In this document: positions 9,986 to 20,374 of the stretch, one piece after another | Layout: the number at the start of each line of letters is the position of its first letter | How positions within the stretch are numbered: position 1 is the stretch's first letter | Assembly: GCA_964487475.1 (NCBI GenBank) | Contig: CAZAPM010000002.1 | Location: forward strand, 1-64,000 | Reading direction: 5' to 3' | DNA length: 64,000 nucleotides | Origin: an uncultured Planctomycetales bacterium | GTDB taxonomy: Bacteria > Omnitrophota > Gorgyraeia > Gygaellales > Profunditerraquicolaceae | Translations under genes and position numbers: made by a program | The notes under the pieces: model-generated | Seen by the model: the letters and a program-made list of their open reading frames with translations, nothing else | Database searches by the model: none | Told to the model about the DNA's origin: nothing

Positions 9986-10540
9986 TTAACGGCCGCCGAT
10001 GCAGGAAAGCTTGTTCTCTTCCAGGCGGTAAAATAACGGCGCCACCATCACCTTGGGGTAGCGCAGGCGCAAACGGTGTGTTTCAGCAAGCAGGAAATCC
10101 AATTCGTTCTCTATCTCGTGCATGGGAGCAAGGTTCATGAAATGGTCCTCGGCACGCTCCCGGCTCCACCCGGCGCGGGCGACCAGACCGCGGATGAACT
10201 CCTCTTTCCTCGCGACCAGGTTGACCATGCCGCAGTTATTGTGCGCGATGAGCGCGATGTGCCTTATGCCGCCGATGGCGATAGCGTAGGAAACCCTGAA
10301 CTCGCAATACCGCAGGTTCGCGCCTCCGGTACGCAGGATGAACGCGAAGTTCTCCGGGATGCGCAGGTGCTTGCGGTTATCCATGCACATCCCGACCAGC
10401 AGCTTTGCCTGCGCGGCCGCAGGCGCCTCGAAAGGCCGGTCGAGGTTCTGATACTCCAGGAGCCGGCCGATGGGAGTGCGGCGGTATTCCGCGGGGATAT
10501 CCTTGAGCGTACGCACCGGGATCAGTGTGGGTTTCTTCAT
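9986..10540 (-). CDS. Beta-class carbonic anhydrase
   Basis: CMDNR and HNNCG zinc-ligand motifs; start trimmed to ATG 10540. Confidence 0.85.
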   Translation of the reverse strand: MKKPTLIPVRTLKDIPAEYRRTPIGRLLEYQNLDRPFEAPAAAQAKLLVGMCMDNRKHLRIPENFAFILRTGGANLRYCEFRVSYAIAIGGIRHIALIAHNNCGMVNLVARKEEFIRGLVARAGWSRERAEDHFMNLAPMHEIENELDFLLAETHRLRLRYPKVMVAPLFYRLEENKLSCIGGR

Positions 10541-10547
10541 AGGCACC

Positions 10548-12233
10548 TCAGAGTTTCTTCTCGATCTTGGCCCAGGTATCGCGCAGGGTAACGGTGCGAT
10601 TGAATACCGGCGCATGGGGCCGGGAATCCCTGGCATCCGCCGTGAAATACCCCAGGCGCTCGAACTGATATGTCGTCGCAGGCGCAGCCAAAGCCAGCGC
10701 CGGCTCGCCCACGCACGCCGTCAGCACTTCCAGGGAGCGGGGATTGAGGTGCATAGTGTAATCCCCGCCCTCGGGAACTTCATTGGGATTGCGCACGGAA
10801 AAGAGGGTGTCGTACAGCCGCACCGTCATCGGCACCGCATGCCGGCAAGAGACCCAGTGGATGGTGGACTTGACCTTGCGGCCGTCCGGGGCATTGCCTC
10901 CCCGGGTAGCCGGATCATAGGTGCAATGCACCTCTTTGACCGCGCCGGTAACTTCGTCCTTCACCACCGAGACGCACGTCACCAGATAGGCGGCGCGCAG
11001 CCGTACTTCCCGGCCGGGTGAAAGCCGGTAAAACTCCTTGGGAGGGTTCTCCCGGAAATCCTCGGATTCGATATAAAGCTCCCGGGAAAAAGGCACCATC
11101 CTCACTCCCGCCGCAGGATCCTCGGGATTGTTCAGGGCCTCGAACTCCTCCGTCTGCTCCACGGGATAATTGTCGATGACCACCTTGAGGGGCCGCAGCA
11201 CCGCCATGGCGCGCAGCGAAGTCCGGTTAAGCTCCTCGCGCAGGGTGTTCTCCAGCACCACCGTATCCACGATGCTGTCCACTTTCGAGACCCCGATCTG
11301 AGCGCAGAACCTGCGGATCGAATCCGGAGTGTACCCCCTGCGCCGCAACCCCGAGATCGTGGGCATGCGCGGATCGTCCCAACCGTCGACCAGCTTCTTC
11401 TCCACCAGTTCCAGGAGCTTGCGCTTGCTTAACACGGTATGGCTTAAATTCAGCCGGGCGAATTCGATCTGCTGCGGGCGGTGCACTCCCAGTTCGATCA
11501 GGATCCAGTCATACAAAGGCCGGTGCACTTCGAACTCCAGGGTACAGATGGAATGGGTGATCCCCTCCAGGGAATCGCACAAGCCGTGCGTGAAATCATA
11601 GGTCGGATAGATGCACCACGCCGCGCCGGTGCGGTGATGCGACTCCTTGCGGATGCGGTAAAATACCGGGTCGCGCAGGAGCAGGTTGGGATTGGCCATG
11701 TCGATCTTGCCGCGCAGGACTTTGGACCCCTCGGCGAACTCTCCCGCCTTCATCCGGGCAAAAAGATCGAGGTTCTCTTCGACCGTGCGGTTGCGGAAGG
11801 GGCTCTCCCTGCCCGGCTCGGTGATCGAGCCGCGGTCCCGGCGCATCTCATCCAAAGTCTGGTCGCAGACGAAGGCCCGGCCCTTCTTGATCAGCTCCAC
11901 CGCGAACTCGTACAACTTCCCGAAATAATCCGAGGCGTAAAAAAGACGGTCATCCCAGGAGAATCCGAGCCAGCGCACATCCTCGATGATGGAGTTGACG
12001 TACTCCGTCTCCTCGGTCTCGGGATTGGTATCGTCGAAGCGCAGGTTGCATAACCCCTGGTAGTCCCGTGCCAGGCCGAAATTCAGGCAGATGCTCTTGG
12101 CATGGCCGATATGCAGGTAGCCGTTGGGCTCGGGAGGGAAACGGGTATGGACCCGGCCTCCGTGCTTGCCTGCGGCGCGGTCGGAATCGATGATCTCGCG
12201 GATAAAATTGGTCGCAACCGGAACGCTTTCCAT
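10548..12233 (-). CDS. glnS: Glutamine--tRNA ligase
   Basis: [46 protein letters not shown]. Confidence 0.97.
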   Translation of the reverse strand: MESVPVATNFIREIIDSDRAAGKHGGRVHTRFPPEPNGYLHIGHAKSICLNFGLARDYQGLCNLRFDDTNPETEETEYVNSIIEDVRWLGFSWDDRLFYASDYFGKLYEFAVELIKKGRAFVCDQTLDEMRRDRGSITEPGRESPFRNRTVEENLDLFARMKAGEFAEGSKVLRGKIDMANPNLLLRDPVFYRIRKESHHRTGAAWCIYPTYDFTHGLCDSLEGITHSICTLEFEVHRPLYDWILIELGVHRPQQIEFARLNLSHTVLSKRKLLELVEKKLVDGWDDPRMPTISGLRRRGYTPDSIRRFCAQIGVSKVDSIVDTVVLENTLREELNRTSLRAMAVLRPLKVVIDNYPVEQTEEFEALNNPEDPAAGVRMVPFSRELYIESEDFRENPPKEFYRLSPGREVRLRAAYLVTCVSVVKDEVTGAVKEVHCTYDPATRGGNAPDGRKVKSTIHWVSCRHAVPMTVRLYDTLFSVRNPNEVPEGGDYTMHLNPRSLEVLTACVGEPALALAAPATTYQFERLGYFTADARDSRPHAPVFNRTVTLRDTWAKIEKKL

Positions 12234-12240
12234 GGGGGTA

Positions 12241-12291
12241 ATTATAGACCACAACATGCGGCTTGACAACTCAAAAAACCGTCCCTATTAT
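12241..12291. promoter_or_regulatory. Back-to-back sigma70 promoters sharing a -35 region (glnS and radical SAM gene), both positioned for leaderless mRNAs
   Basis: Plus TTGACA(12263-12268)-17-TATTAT(12286-12291)-6 nt-ATG; minus TTGTCA(12269-12264)-17-TATAAT(12246-12241)-7 nt-ATG. Confidence 0.75.
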
Positions 12292-12297
12292 AGGGGC

Positions 12298-13293
12298 ATG
12301 CGTATCGCTGACCTGATCCAAAAGTCCGAGAACCGGGAACCGCTCTCCAGGGACGAGATCTGCGCGCTGCTGAAGGTCCCCCTCTTTTCCCCCGACGCTG
12401 CCCTGATCGCCTCCGCCGCGCGCGCCAAAAGCGAAGCGGCGTGCGGAGGATGGGCCGAGGTACATGCGCAGGTGGGGTTGAACATCTACCCCTGCCCCAA
12501 GAACTGCAAATTCTGCGCGTTTGCCGCCATCAACAAGATATTCCATACCCGCACCGAGATCGGGATAGGCGAAGCCGTGACCGCGGCCCGCCGCTTCGAA
12601 AAGGACGGAGCGAACGCGGTCTTCATCATGAGCACTGCGGATTATCCCTTCGCGAAGTTCCTGGAAGTCTCCCAGGAGATCAGGCGCAGCCTTTCACAAG
12701 ATACCGTGCTGGTCGCCAACGTGGGCGATTTCTCCCTGGAGGAAGCCAAGGCCCTGAAAGCCGCGGGATACGCCGGCGTATACCACGCCCTGCGGCTGGG
12801 TGAAGGCAAGGACACCAAGATCCCCCCGGAGCAAAGGCTTCGGACGTTCCGCCACGCGCACGAGGCAGGGCTGCTGCTGGGGACCTGCGTCGAACCGGTG
12901 GGCCCGGAGCACACCCCCGAGGAGATCGCGGAGAAGACGATCGTTACCCGGGACGCCAAACCCGTCTTCAGCGGCGCGGCCCGGCGCATCATCCTGCCCG
13001 ATACCGAACTTTCCCGCCACGGGATGATCAGCGAAGCCCGGATGGCCCACCTCGTCTCGGTGGTGCGGCTGGCGCTCGGGCCGGATATCCCCGGCAACTG
13101 CACGCACGAACCCTGCGTCATCGGCGCGGCCGCAGGAGCAAACCTGCTCTGGGCGGAGGAAGGATCGAACCCGCGCGATACGGAATCAAAGACGGAAGGG
13201 GCGCGGGGGATGACCGTGGCCCAATGCAGAAAAGTACTGGAAGAAGCGGAATGGAAGGTGCTGGCCGGGCCTTCGCGCTTTTACCGGGCTTAA
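12298..13293 (+). CDS. Radical SAM protein, BioB/HydE-like fold, substrate unknown
   Basis: CPKNCKFC (CxxxCxxC); TCVEPVGPEH, CTHEP and GANL motifs; start trimmed to ATG 12298. Confidence 0.8.
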   Translation: MRIADLIQKSENREPLSRDEICALLKVPLFSPDAALIASAARAKSEAACGGWAEVHAQVGLNIYPCPKNCKFCAFAAINKIFHTRTEIGIGEAVTAARRFEKDGANAVFIMSTADYPFAKFLEVSQEIRRSLSQDTVLVANVGDFSLEEAKALKAAGYAGVYHALRLGEGKDTKIPPEQRLRTFRHAHEAGLLLGTCVEPVGPEHTPEEIAEKTIVTRDAKPVFSGAARRIILPDTELSRHGMISEARMAHLVSVVRLALGPDIPGNCTHEPCVIGAAAGANLLWAEEGSNPRDTESKTEGARGMTVAQCRKVLEEAEWKVLAGPSRFYRA

Positions 13294-14150
13294 GAGTTCC
13301 CCGCCCCGGCGCAATACTCCCCCGCAGCGTACGAACTTCTCACGTAAGGCCCGCTTTTCACGAAGCAGAATCCCCGCCGGAGCGCTTCCTGACGGTACTG
13401 TTCGAAGGCCTCCGGGGTGATGTACTCTATGACCGGCGCATGTGCGCCGCTGGGAGCGAGATACTGCCCCAGACTTAACAGGGAACAACCGGCCGCGCGC
13501 AGATCGTCGAACACCCGCACCACCTCATCCCGGGTCTCCCCCAATCCCAGCATCATCCCCGACTTAACCGGTATTTCCGGAGCCAGCGCATAGAGCCGCC
13601 GCAGCACCTCCAGCGAGCGGGGATATGAGGCGCCTCCCGGCCGCAGGGAATCATACAACCGGGGGACCATCTCCACATTATGCGCGATGATGTCCGGCTT
13701 CGCCGAGGCCACCCGCTGCAGCAGCACGGGATCGGCCCTTAAGTCAGGAATAAGCACTTCCACCCTGCGGGAGAGGCCGTCTTGGCGCAGCGCGGCAATG
13801 GTGCTCGCGAACGCCTGCGCCCCGGCATCGGGAAGATCGTCCCGGGTCACGCTGGTGACCACGACATGGGTAAGCCCCAGCTCGGCAGCTGCCTGGGCGA
13901 TCCTTCCCGGCTCATCCGGGTCGGGGGGATGAGGCGCTCCTTTTCCTACCGCGCAGAACACGCACCCCCGCGTACAGATATCCCCCAGGATGATGAACGT
14001 CGCCTGGCGCTTGGCAAAACACTCCCCGATATTGGGGCATTGCGCTTCCTCGCAGACGGTGTGCAGGTTCCGGCGGCGCAGCAGCTGCTTGACCTCGACG
14101 CAGGCGCTTAAGGATATCTTCTTGTTCAGCCACTCCGGCCTCTTATGCAT
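13290..14150 (-). CDS. lipA: Lipoyl synthase
   Basis: CEEAQCPNIGEC, CTRGCVFC, VRSSY; start trimmed to ATG 14150. Confidence 0.96.
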   Translation of the reverse strand: MHKRPEWLNKKISLSACVEVKQLLRRRNLHTVCEEAQCPNIGECFAKRQATFIILGDICTRGCVFCAVGKGAPHPPDPDEPGRIAQAAAELGLTHVVVTSVTRDDLPDAGAQAFASTIAALRQDGLSRRVEVLIPDLRADPVLLQRVASAKPDIIAHNVEMVPRLYDSLRPGGASYPRSLEVLRRLYALAPEIPVKSGMMLGLGETRDEVVRVFDDLRAAGCSLLSLGQYLAPSGAHAPVIEYITPEAFEQYRQEALRRGFCFVKSGPYVRSSYAAGEYCAGAGNS

Positions 14151-14886
14151 GATACGGCGTAAGCTCCACTCCAAAGGTTTCGGCGCAGGAATCCAAAAGC
14201 AAGGTGCGCAGCATCTCCTGCGCCGGCACCGTAGCCAGCAGCTCGTCGAGCGCCGTGGCGCGGACAAGCATTTCCCGCGGGCACCCTTTCACGCATCGGC
14301 AGATGAGCTCCCGGTCCAAAGACAAGGGGATGCTCCCGTGCTGGAATATGTATCCCCGGCCGCGCTTCTGGGCGTTGCCGCCGATCTTCTTTCCCCGGAC
14401 AAGGATATCGTACTTCTCCCGGCCCGCAAAACAAAGTTCCGTGCGCAAGGCGGATTCCCCGGCCTCATCCGCGAAACAAGGCTGCAGCCCAAGCCTCCGG
14501 TAGAACGTCAGCAGGAACCCGCAAAGATGCTTGTATGCGCTGACCGCCCGGCGGGACGGACCGCAGACACTGTCCGGCACCCCCATGCTATAGGTAAGTT
14601 CCCGGCCGTGGAACAGCACGCCGCCTCCGGTCATCCGCCGCACCACCTGCACTCCGGCGCGGCGGCAGGCCGCGAGATCGAGATAGCGCGAAGGATCCTC
14701 CTGGGAAACTCCGAGGGAAAACGCCGGCGGGTCCCAGGCATAGAGACGCAGGAAAGACGGCGCGTGAGGATGCGCGGAGAGCCCGCGCCAGAGCGCTTCG
14801 TCCGCGGCCATGTTCTCCAGCCCGGGACGGGGCGCATCCACCAGCAGGTTCCAGAAAGAAGGGACGGTTACGGGGAGGGCTTCCAC
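14143..14886 (-). CDS. Octanoyltransferase / lipoate-protein ligase (LipM/LplA family)
   Basis: NMAADE, VVRRMTGGG.LFH.ELTYS, KKIGGNAQ, QHGSI; GTG start approximate. Confidence 0.88.
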   Translation of the reverse strand: MEALPVTVPSFWNLLVDAPRPGLENMAADEALWRGLSAHPHAPSFLRLYAWDPPAFSLGVSQEDPSRYLDLAACRRAGVQVVRRMTGGGVLFHGRELTYSMGVPDSVCGPSRRAVSAYKHLCGFLLTFYRRLGLQPCFADEAGESALRTELCFAGREKYDILVRGKKIGGNAQKRGRGYIFQHGSIPLSLDRELICRCVKGCPREMLVRATALDELLATVPAQEMLRTLLLDSCAETFGVELTPYHA

Positions 14887-16322
14887 CGCACATTGACCTC
14901 TCGCGCGGCCTTGGTTTCGTCGAGCCTTTTCACCGGGGTGGTCAACGGAGCCTCGTGCAGCGCTTCCGGATTCGTCTGCGCCAGATGTGCCGCTTCGATC
15001 ATGGCATCGATGAACGCATCCAGGGTTTCCTTGCTCTCCGTTTCGGTCGGCTCGATCATCAGCGCTTCCTTGACGATCAGGGGGAAATACACCGTCGGGG
15101 GATGAAACCCCCGGTCGATGAGGAATTTGGCGATATCCAGCGCGCGCACTCCCTTGGCCGCCTGGCGCGACGCGGAGAATACGCATTCATGCATGCACGG
15201 CTTATCGTAGGCGATCTGATAGTGCGCTTTCAGGCGGGCCAGGCAGTAATTGGCGTTGAGCACCGCGATCTCGCTGGCCTCGATCAGCCCGGCCTTGCCC
15301 AGCGCCAGGATATACGCGTACGCTTTGAGGATCACCAGGAAGTTGCCGTAAAACGGAGCGATGTAGCCGATCGAAGTATGGCGGTGATAATCCAGGAAAA
15401 GCGTACCGTCGCTGCGGCGGACCACCCGGGGGATCGGCAGGAAATCCGTAAGCCGTGCGCTGACCCCCACCGGCCCGGCACCCGGGCCGCCTCCGCCGTG
15501 GGGCGTGGCGAAGGTCTTATGCAGGTTCAGATGGATGACGTCGAACCCGATATCCCCGGGGCGGCATTTGCCCATCATGGCGTTTAAGTTCGCGCCGTCG
15601 TAATACATCAGCGCCCCCACCCCGTGGGCCAGGTCCGCGATCTCCTTGATCCGGGGATTGAAAAGCCCCAGGGTATCGGGACAGGTCAGCATCACCGCCG
15701 CCGTATCTTCGCTTAAATGCTTCCGGTACTCCTCCATATCCAGGAACCCCTGCGCGTCCGTCGGGATCACGATCACGTCGTACCCGGCGATCGCGGCGCT
15801 CGCGGGATTGGTGCCGTGCGATGAGTCCGGGATGATGATGTGCTTGCGCCGCGCGCCCTGCTTCTTATGGTAGGCGGCGATCAGCATCACTCCGGTCAGC
15901 TCGCCGTGCGCGCCGGCCAAAGGCTGCGTGGTGAACGCCGCCATCCCGGTGATCTCGCTCAAGAGCCGCTCGGTATGATGCAGCACTTCCAGCGCTCCCT
16001 GCGCCAGCATCCCTCCTCCGGAAAGCTGGGGCAGGAGCGGATGCAGCCCGGCAAACCCCTCAAGGGAGGCGACCTTCTCCGTGAACTTAGGATTGTACTT
16101 CATAGTGCAGGATCCCAGCGGATAGAAGTTCGTGTCCACTGAGTAATTCCGCCGGGAAAGATTGGTGAAATGGCGCACCACATCCACTTCGGAGACCTCG
16201 GGCAGCGCTGCGGCGCGCGACCGGCAGTATTTCTCCGCCAGGCCGGGCGAAGCGGGAACGTCCGCGTGCGGCATCACGAACCCCCTGCGGCCGCGGCGGC
16301 TCTTCTCGTAGATCAGCTGCAT
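14868..16322 (-). CDS. gcvPB: Glycine dehydrogenase subunit 2
   Basis: PLGSCTMKYNP, HLNLHKTFATPHGGGGPG (PLP lysine), IEPTETES. Confidence 0.97.
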   Translation of the reverse strand: MQLIYEKSRRGRRGFVMPHADVPASPGLAEKYCRSRAAALPEVSEVDVVRHFTNLSRRNYSVDTNFYPLGSCTMKYNPKFTEKVASLEGFAGLHPLLPQLSGGGMLAQGALEVLHHTERLLSEITGMAAFTTQPLAGAHGELTGVMLIAAYHKKQGARRKHIIIPDSSHGTNPASAAIAGYDVIVIPTDAQGFLDMEEYRKHLSEDTAAVMLTCPDTLGLFNPRIKEIADLAHGVGALMYYDGANLNAMMGKCRPGDIGFDVIHLNLHKTFATPHGGGGPGAGPVGVSARLTDFLPIPRVVRRSDGTLFLDYHRHTSIGYIAPFYGNFLVILKAYAYILALGKAGLIEASEIAVLNANYCLARLKAHYQIAYDKPCMHECVFSASRQAAKGVRALDIAKFLIDRGFHPPTVYFPLIVKEALMIEPTETESKETLDAFIDAMIEAAHLAQTNPEALHEAPLTTPVKRLDETKAAREVNVRWKPSP

Positions 16323-17650
16323 AGCACCGCCTCCAGGCTGTTGGCGAACGCCAGAATGTCCTCTTTATCCCGCTTTTCGGTGACCGCCACCAGCAGATAA
16401 TTATCCATTCCCTTGTAATACCGTCCCAGGGGAAACCCCGCGGCAAAGCCTTTCTCGATCATCCCGTGCACCGCCTCGTCCGCGTTGCGGGGAAGAAGCA
16501 CCGTGAATTCGTTGAACGTAGGTGCGCTGCGCTTGACCGTGACACCGGGGATCCTGCCGAGCACGGATTTCGCATACTCCGCTTTCTGATAGATGCGCTC
16601 GGCGAGCTCCCGCAGCCCCTCCTTACCCAGGAGCGAGGTATAGATCACTGCGCGCAGCGCGCACAAGGCTTCGTTCGAGCAGATGTTGGAAGTGGCCTTT
16701 TCCCGGCGGATATGCTGTTCGCGGGCCTGCAGGGTCAGCACGAAACCCCGGGTGCCGTCCTTATCCACGGTCGCGCCCACGATCCTTCCCGGCAGCTGGC
16801 GCATACAGGCCTTGGTGACGGCGATGAACCCTAAATACGGGCCGCCGAAGGAAAGGGGTAAACCTAAGCTCTGGCCTTCGCCGGTGCTGATGTCAAATCC
16901 CATCTCGGCGGGGGATTTCAGCATCCCCAGGGAGACGGGATAGACCGAGGCGATGGCCAGCGCCCCCTTCTCGTGCACCTTCCCGACGATGTCGGAAAAA
17001 TCATCCACCGCGCCGAAAAAATTCGGGTTCTGCACGATCACCGCGGCCGTCTTCTCGTCCAGATGCTTATAGATCTCCTCCCGGCAGCTTTGCCCGTGCA
17101 CCACGGGAGTCTCCACGAACTCGATGGAAAGATTGGAGGTATACGTGTAGAGCATGGTCCGGTAGATCAGGCTCACCCCGCTGTCCACGATGATCTTCTT
17201 CCGGCCGGTAAGCCGCACCGCCATCATCGCGGCCTCATACAGGGCGGTCCCGCCGTCATACAGAGAGGCGTTGGACACCTCCAGGCCGGTCAGCTCGCAG
17301 ATCGCGGTCTGGTATTCATAGATCGCCTGAAGCCACCCCTGCGAACACTCGGGCTGGTACGGCGTATACGCGGTATAGAACTCCGGACGGGACGCCAGCG
17401 CGTCCACTGCCGCGGGGATATAATGGTCGTAGAACCCGGCGCCCAGGAAGCACTTCAGCTGCACGGCATTCTTCTGCGCCAGCCGCTGCATATGCTGGAG
17501 CACCTCGTATTCGGAGCGCCCCTCCGGGATCGCAAAGGACTTCGGACGCAAGGAAGCGGGGATGGAGGAAAAAAGCTCGTCGATACGGGAAATCCCGATC
17601 GTGTGGAGCATCTCCTTTATTTCATCCGGGGTATGCGAAAGATAGTGCAT
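16313..17650 (-). CDS. gcvPA: Glycine dehydrogenase subunit 1
   Basis: FYTAYTPYQPE, REQHIRREKATSNICSN. Confidence 0.97.
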   Translation of the reverse strand: MHYLSHTPDEIKEMLHTIGISRIDELFSSIPASLRPKSFAIPEGRSEYEVLQHMQRLAQKNAVQLKCFLGAGFYDHYIPAAVDALASRPEFYTAYTPYQPECSQGWLQAIYEYQTAICELTGLEVSNASLYDGGTALYEAAMMAVRLTGRKKIIVDSGVSLIYRTMLYTYTSNLSIEFVETPVVHGQSCREEIYKHLDEKTAAVIVQNPNFFGAVDDFSDIVGKVHEKGALAIASVYPVSLGMLKSPAEMGFDISTGEGQSLGLPLSFGGPYLGFIAVTKACMRQLPGRIVGATVDKDGTRGFVLTLQAREQHIRREKATSNICSNEALCALRAVIYTSLLGKEGLRELAERIYQKAEYAKSVLGRIPGVTVKRSAPTFNEFTVLLPRNADEAVHGMIEKGFAAGFPLGRYYKGMDNYLLVAVTEKRDKEDILAFANSLEAVLCS

Positions 17651-17651
17651 G

Positions 17652-18041
17652 TCAGTGCGCGAGCCCTTCCACGTATTTCTTATACGCCGCGGGGGTCATG
17701 AGCGCGGCCGCCTCTTTCGGATCAGACATCTCGATCACCGCGAACCATCCTTCGGAGTAGGGAGCCTTGTTCACCGTCTCCGGGTGCGCGGATAACGTAT
17801 CGTTGGACGTGCGCACCGTCCCGGAAACCGGAGCGTACACGTCGGAGGCGGCTTTGACCGACTCGACCGTGGCGCACCATTTGGACTGCTCCACCTTCGC
17901 GCCCGGTTTAGGGACGTCGATGAACGTGATATCCCCCAGGGAATCCTGCGCATAATCCGTGATCCCCATGGTCGCCAGCGCTCCTTCTATGCGCACCCAT
18001 TCATGGTCCTTGGTGTACAACAGGTCATCAGGAATCTGCAT
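17652..18041 (-). CDS. gcvH: Glycine cleavage H protein
   Basis: YTKDHEW, GITDYAQ..LGD, VESVKAASD (lipoyl lysine). Confidence 0.97.
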   Translation of the reverse strand: MQIPDDLLYTKDHEWVRIEGALATMGITDYAQDSLGDITFIDVPKPGAKVEQSKWCATVESVKAASDVYAPVSGTVRTSNDTLSAHPETVNKAPYSEGWFAVIEMSDPKEAAALMTPAAYKKYVEGLAH

Positions 18042-19155
18042 GCAAAATCTCCTTGCGTTTTGCGCTCCCCGCCCGGTAAAAGGGTTTGGAGACGATCTTT
18101 CCCGGTATCGCCACCCCTACGGCGCCCTCGGTCAGCACGACCGGTTCGCCTTTGGCCGGCGCGGCGGAGACCATCCCCATGCCGATGCCGTATCCCAAGC
18201 TGGGAGAGAACACCCCGCTGGTGACGATGCCGATATCTTTATCCTTATATATGATACGAAAATTATGCCGCGGCGCCCTGCGGGAATCGGCGGCGAAATA
18301 TACCCTGGCACGGGCGCTGCGTTTCCTCTCCTGGGCCCGCAGCGACTCCTTGCCGATGAACTCCTTACCCCAGTCGATGAAATGCGCCCCGTCGCACTCC
18401 AGGGGGGTCGTCTCTTCGGTGATATCCTGGCCGTAAAGATTGTATCCCATCTCCAGACGCAGCGTATCGCGCGCTCCCAGGCCGATCGGCCTGACTTCCG
18501 GGTCTTTGCACAGCTCCCGCCAGAGCTCCGTCATCTTCTCCGCCGGGCCGTACAACTCGTATCCCAGTTCCCCGGTATACCCCGTCCGGCTGACGAGCAT
18601 ATCCTCTCCTAATACCTTGAACCGGCCGAAGGTAAAATACCGCAATCCCGCGATCTTCACCCCGGCGAGCTTGGAGAGCACCTGGGAAGAAGAAGGCCCC
18701 TGGAGGTCCAGCTTCCCCGTCCTGGCCGAAACGTTCTCTAACGCCCGCGCGCCCTTCAGATGCGCGCGCAAATGCGCCTCGTCCTTGGCGATGCAGGCGG
18801 CATTGACCACCACCATCCAGCGCTCCGCTTCCAGCCGGTAGATGATGAGATCGTCGACCACCCCCCCCTTCGGGGTGAGCATGAACCCGTAGCGGCACTC
18901 GCCCACGGACACCGTGGTAAGATCGACGGTAAAGAGGGAGTTGAGCGTGCTCTGGGTCAGCGACGCGGTGATCAAGAACTCGCCCATGTGGCAGATATCG
19001 AAGATCCCGGTATGCGCGCGGGTCCAGTGGTGCTCCTCCAGGATCCCGCGGTACTGGATAGGCATCAGCCAGCCCCCGAAAGGCGCCAGCTTTGCACCAA
19101 GTTCCTTATGGATATCTATGAGGGGTGTAACGGCAAGCTCTGCGTGTGTTTCCAT
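18028..19155 (-). CDS. gcvT: Aminomethyltransferase (T protein)
   Basis: FGGWLMPIQY, FDICHMG, SRTGYTGE.GYE, GLGARDTLRLE. Confidence 0.96.
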   Translation of the reverse strand: METHAELAVTPLIDIHKELGAKLAPFGGWLMPIQYRGILEEHHWTRAHTGIFDICHMGEFLITASLTQSTLNSLFTVDLTTVSVGECRYGFMLTPKGGVVDDLIIYRLEAERWMVVVNAACIAKDEAHLRAHLKGARALENVSARTGKLDLQGPSSSQVLSKLAGVKIAGLRYFTFGRFKVLGEDMLVSRTGYTGELGYELYGPAEKMTELWRELCKDPEVRPIGLGARDTLRLEMGYNLYGQDITEETTPLECDGAHFIDWGKEFIGKESLRAQERKRSARARVYFAADSRRAPRHNFRIIYKDKDIGIVTSGVFSPSLGYGIGMGMVSAAPAKGEPVVLTEGAVGVAIPGKIVSKPFYRAGSAKRKEILHADS

Positions 19156-19198
19156 TGCTCAATTATATCACATGAAAAACGGGGTGAGACTACTTTTT

Positions 19199-19708
19199 TC
19201 ACGCGCCCGGGGTATGAAACTGCGCGACGGTGCGAAGAAACAAATCCTTCTCATCGGGAGATACATATATTCTATAGCCGCCTTCCAACTCGATCTCCAC
19301 GAGATTGCGGCAGTCGGTCACGTGCATCATGAAACGGCCGTATTTCTTTGTCCAAAAGATCCCGTACACCCCGTAAAAGCCTCCCGACCTCCAGAGGCCG
19401 ATGCACGGCTGCGAGAGAATGTCGGTGGTGCCGGAAACCGCGGCGATCCTCCCCCACGCGAAAAACTTCCGTCCCAAAGGCCGCGCCACGGAAACCCCCT
19501 GCGCGTCCACCTCATACCCGAGGGGACGGTACAGATACGCGCCAAAGAACGCCGCGAACACCAGCATGCCCGGAAATATCCCCCGGGGCAGCTGCCCGGT
19601 CAAAAAATACGAGAATACCAGCACCAGGGGGACTCCCAGGCCCAGGCCATACCCGGCCAGGTACGTGATCGCCCTGATCTTCGGCTCCATCGTCGCTTTG
19701 AAATACAT
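19199..19708 (-). CDS. Membrane protein with bacterial PH-like domain
   Basis: Two N-terminal TM segments, GGFYG.YG.F motif; SD AAGGAGG before ATG 19708. Confidence 0.7.
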   Translation of the reverse strand: MYFKATMEPKIRAITYLAGYGLGLGVPLVLVFSYFLTGQLPRGIFPGMLVFAAFFGAYLYRPLGYEVDAQGVSVARPLGRKFFAWGRIAAVSGTTDILSQPCIGLWRSGGFYGVYGIFWTKKYGRFMMHVTDCRNLVEIELEGGYRIYVSPDEKDLFLRTVAQFHTPGA

Positions 19709-19709
19709 C

Positions 19710-20360
19710 TCACCCTCCTTGATGCAATCCGTAGATGACCCCGCCGCAAAGCGCCAGGACCACCGCAATGTATATCCAGGCCTTTCGCAAAAGGTGCGGA
19801 AAGACCCTGCCCGAGGACACCACGAACCGGGAATCTTCCGCAGAGGTGAAAGAGAAAAACACCCCTCTTTCCCTGGACCAGTCCAGGTTCCACAAAAGCC
19901 CGCCGCTTCCGTAAAGCATCGAAGAGAGCACGATGTTGGAGGCCCAGGTCGGAGGATAGTAATGGTAGCGCAGGAACACGTAAAGATCGTAGAACCAGCT
20001 TAAGGAGAACATCCAGACGCAGCACGCCACGAACACCAGCGGAAAGGAGACGCTTCCCGGCCGGCGGCGCACATCATAGAAAATGCCTACGGCCCACGGC
20101 GCGGTAAGGAAGGTCAGCACGGACATGACCGATCCGTCCACATAATCCCAGGTGCAGTCCCCGGAGTACGGCGCAATGAAGGTAACGAAAGAAAAGCCCA
20201 GCGCAAATACCGCCAGCTTCCACGGCTTGCACAGGAACCGGTAATACTGCGCACCGGTAAAGGCGAATTTCCCGGGGTCCCTCCAGACCATGACCAGCGC
20301 TGCCAGGCAGGCGGTGATCCAGAGAAACGTATATGCGGCAAAGAAAGGGGTCATAAACAC
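19710..20360 (-). CDS. Hypothetical polytopic membrane protein
   Basis: 216 aa, several Trp/Phe-rich hydrophobic segments; start may be ATG 20354. Confidence 0.7.
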   Translation of the reverse strand: MFMTPFFAAYTFLWITACLAALVMVWRDPGKFAFTGAQYYRFLCKPWKLAVFALGFSFVTFIAPYSGDCTWDYVDGSVMSVLTFLTAPWAVGIFYDVRRRPGSVSFPLVFVACCVWMFSLSWFYDLYVFLRYHYYPPTWASNIVLSSMLYGSGGLLWNLDWSRERGVFFSFTSAEDSRFVVSSGRVFPHLLRKAWIYIAVVLALCGGVIYGLHQGG

Positions 20361-20374
20361 ATACGAAGAGTAAA

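Noticed and set aside
12298..13293. Radical SAM gene as bioB or LipS1/LipS2
   Set aside because: No bio genes nearby, the LipS-type motifs I recall are not visible, and canonical lipA is present; left unassigned
19156..19198. Glycine riboswitch before gcvT
   Set aside because: The gap is only 43 bp and holds a promoter
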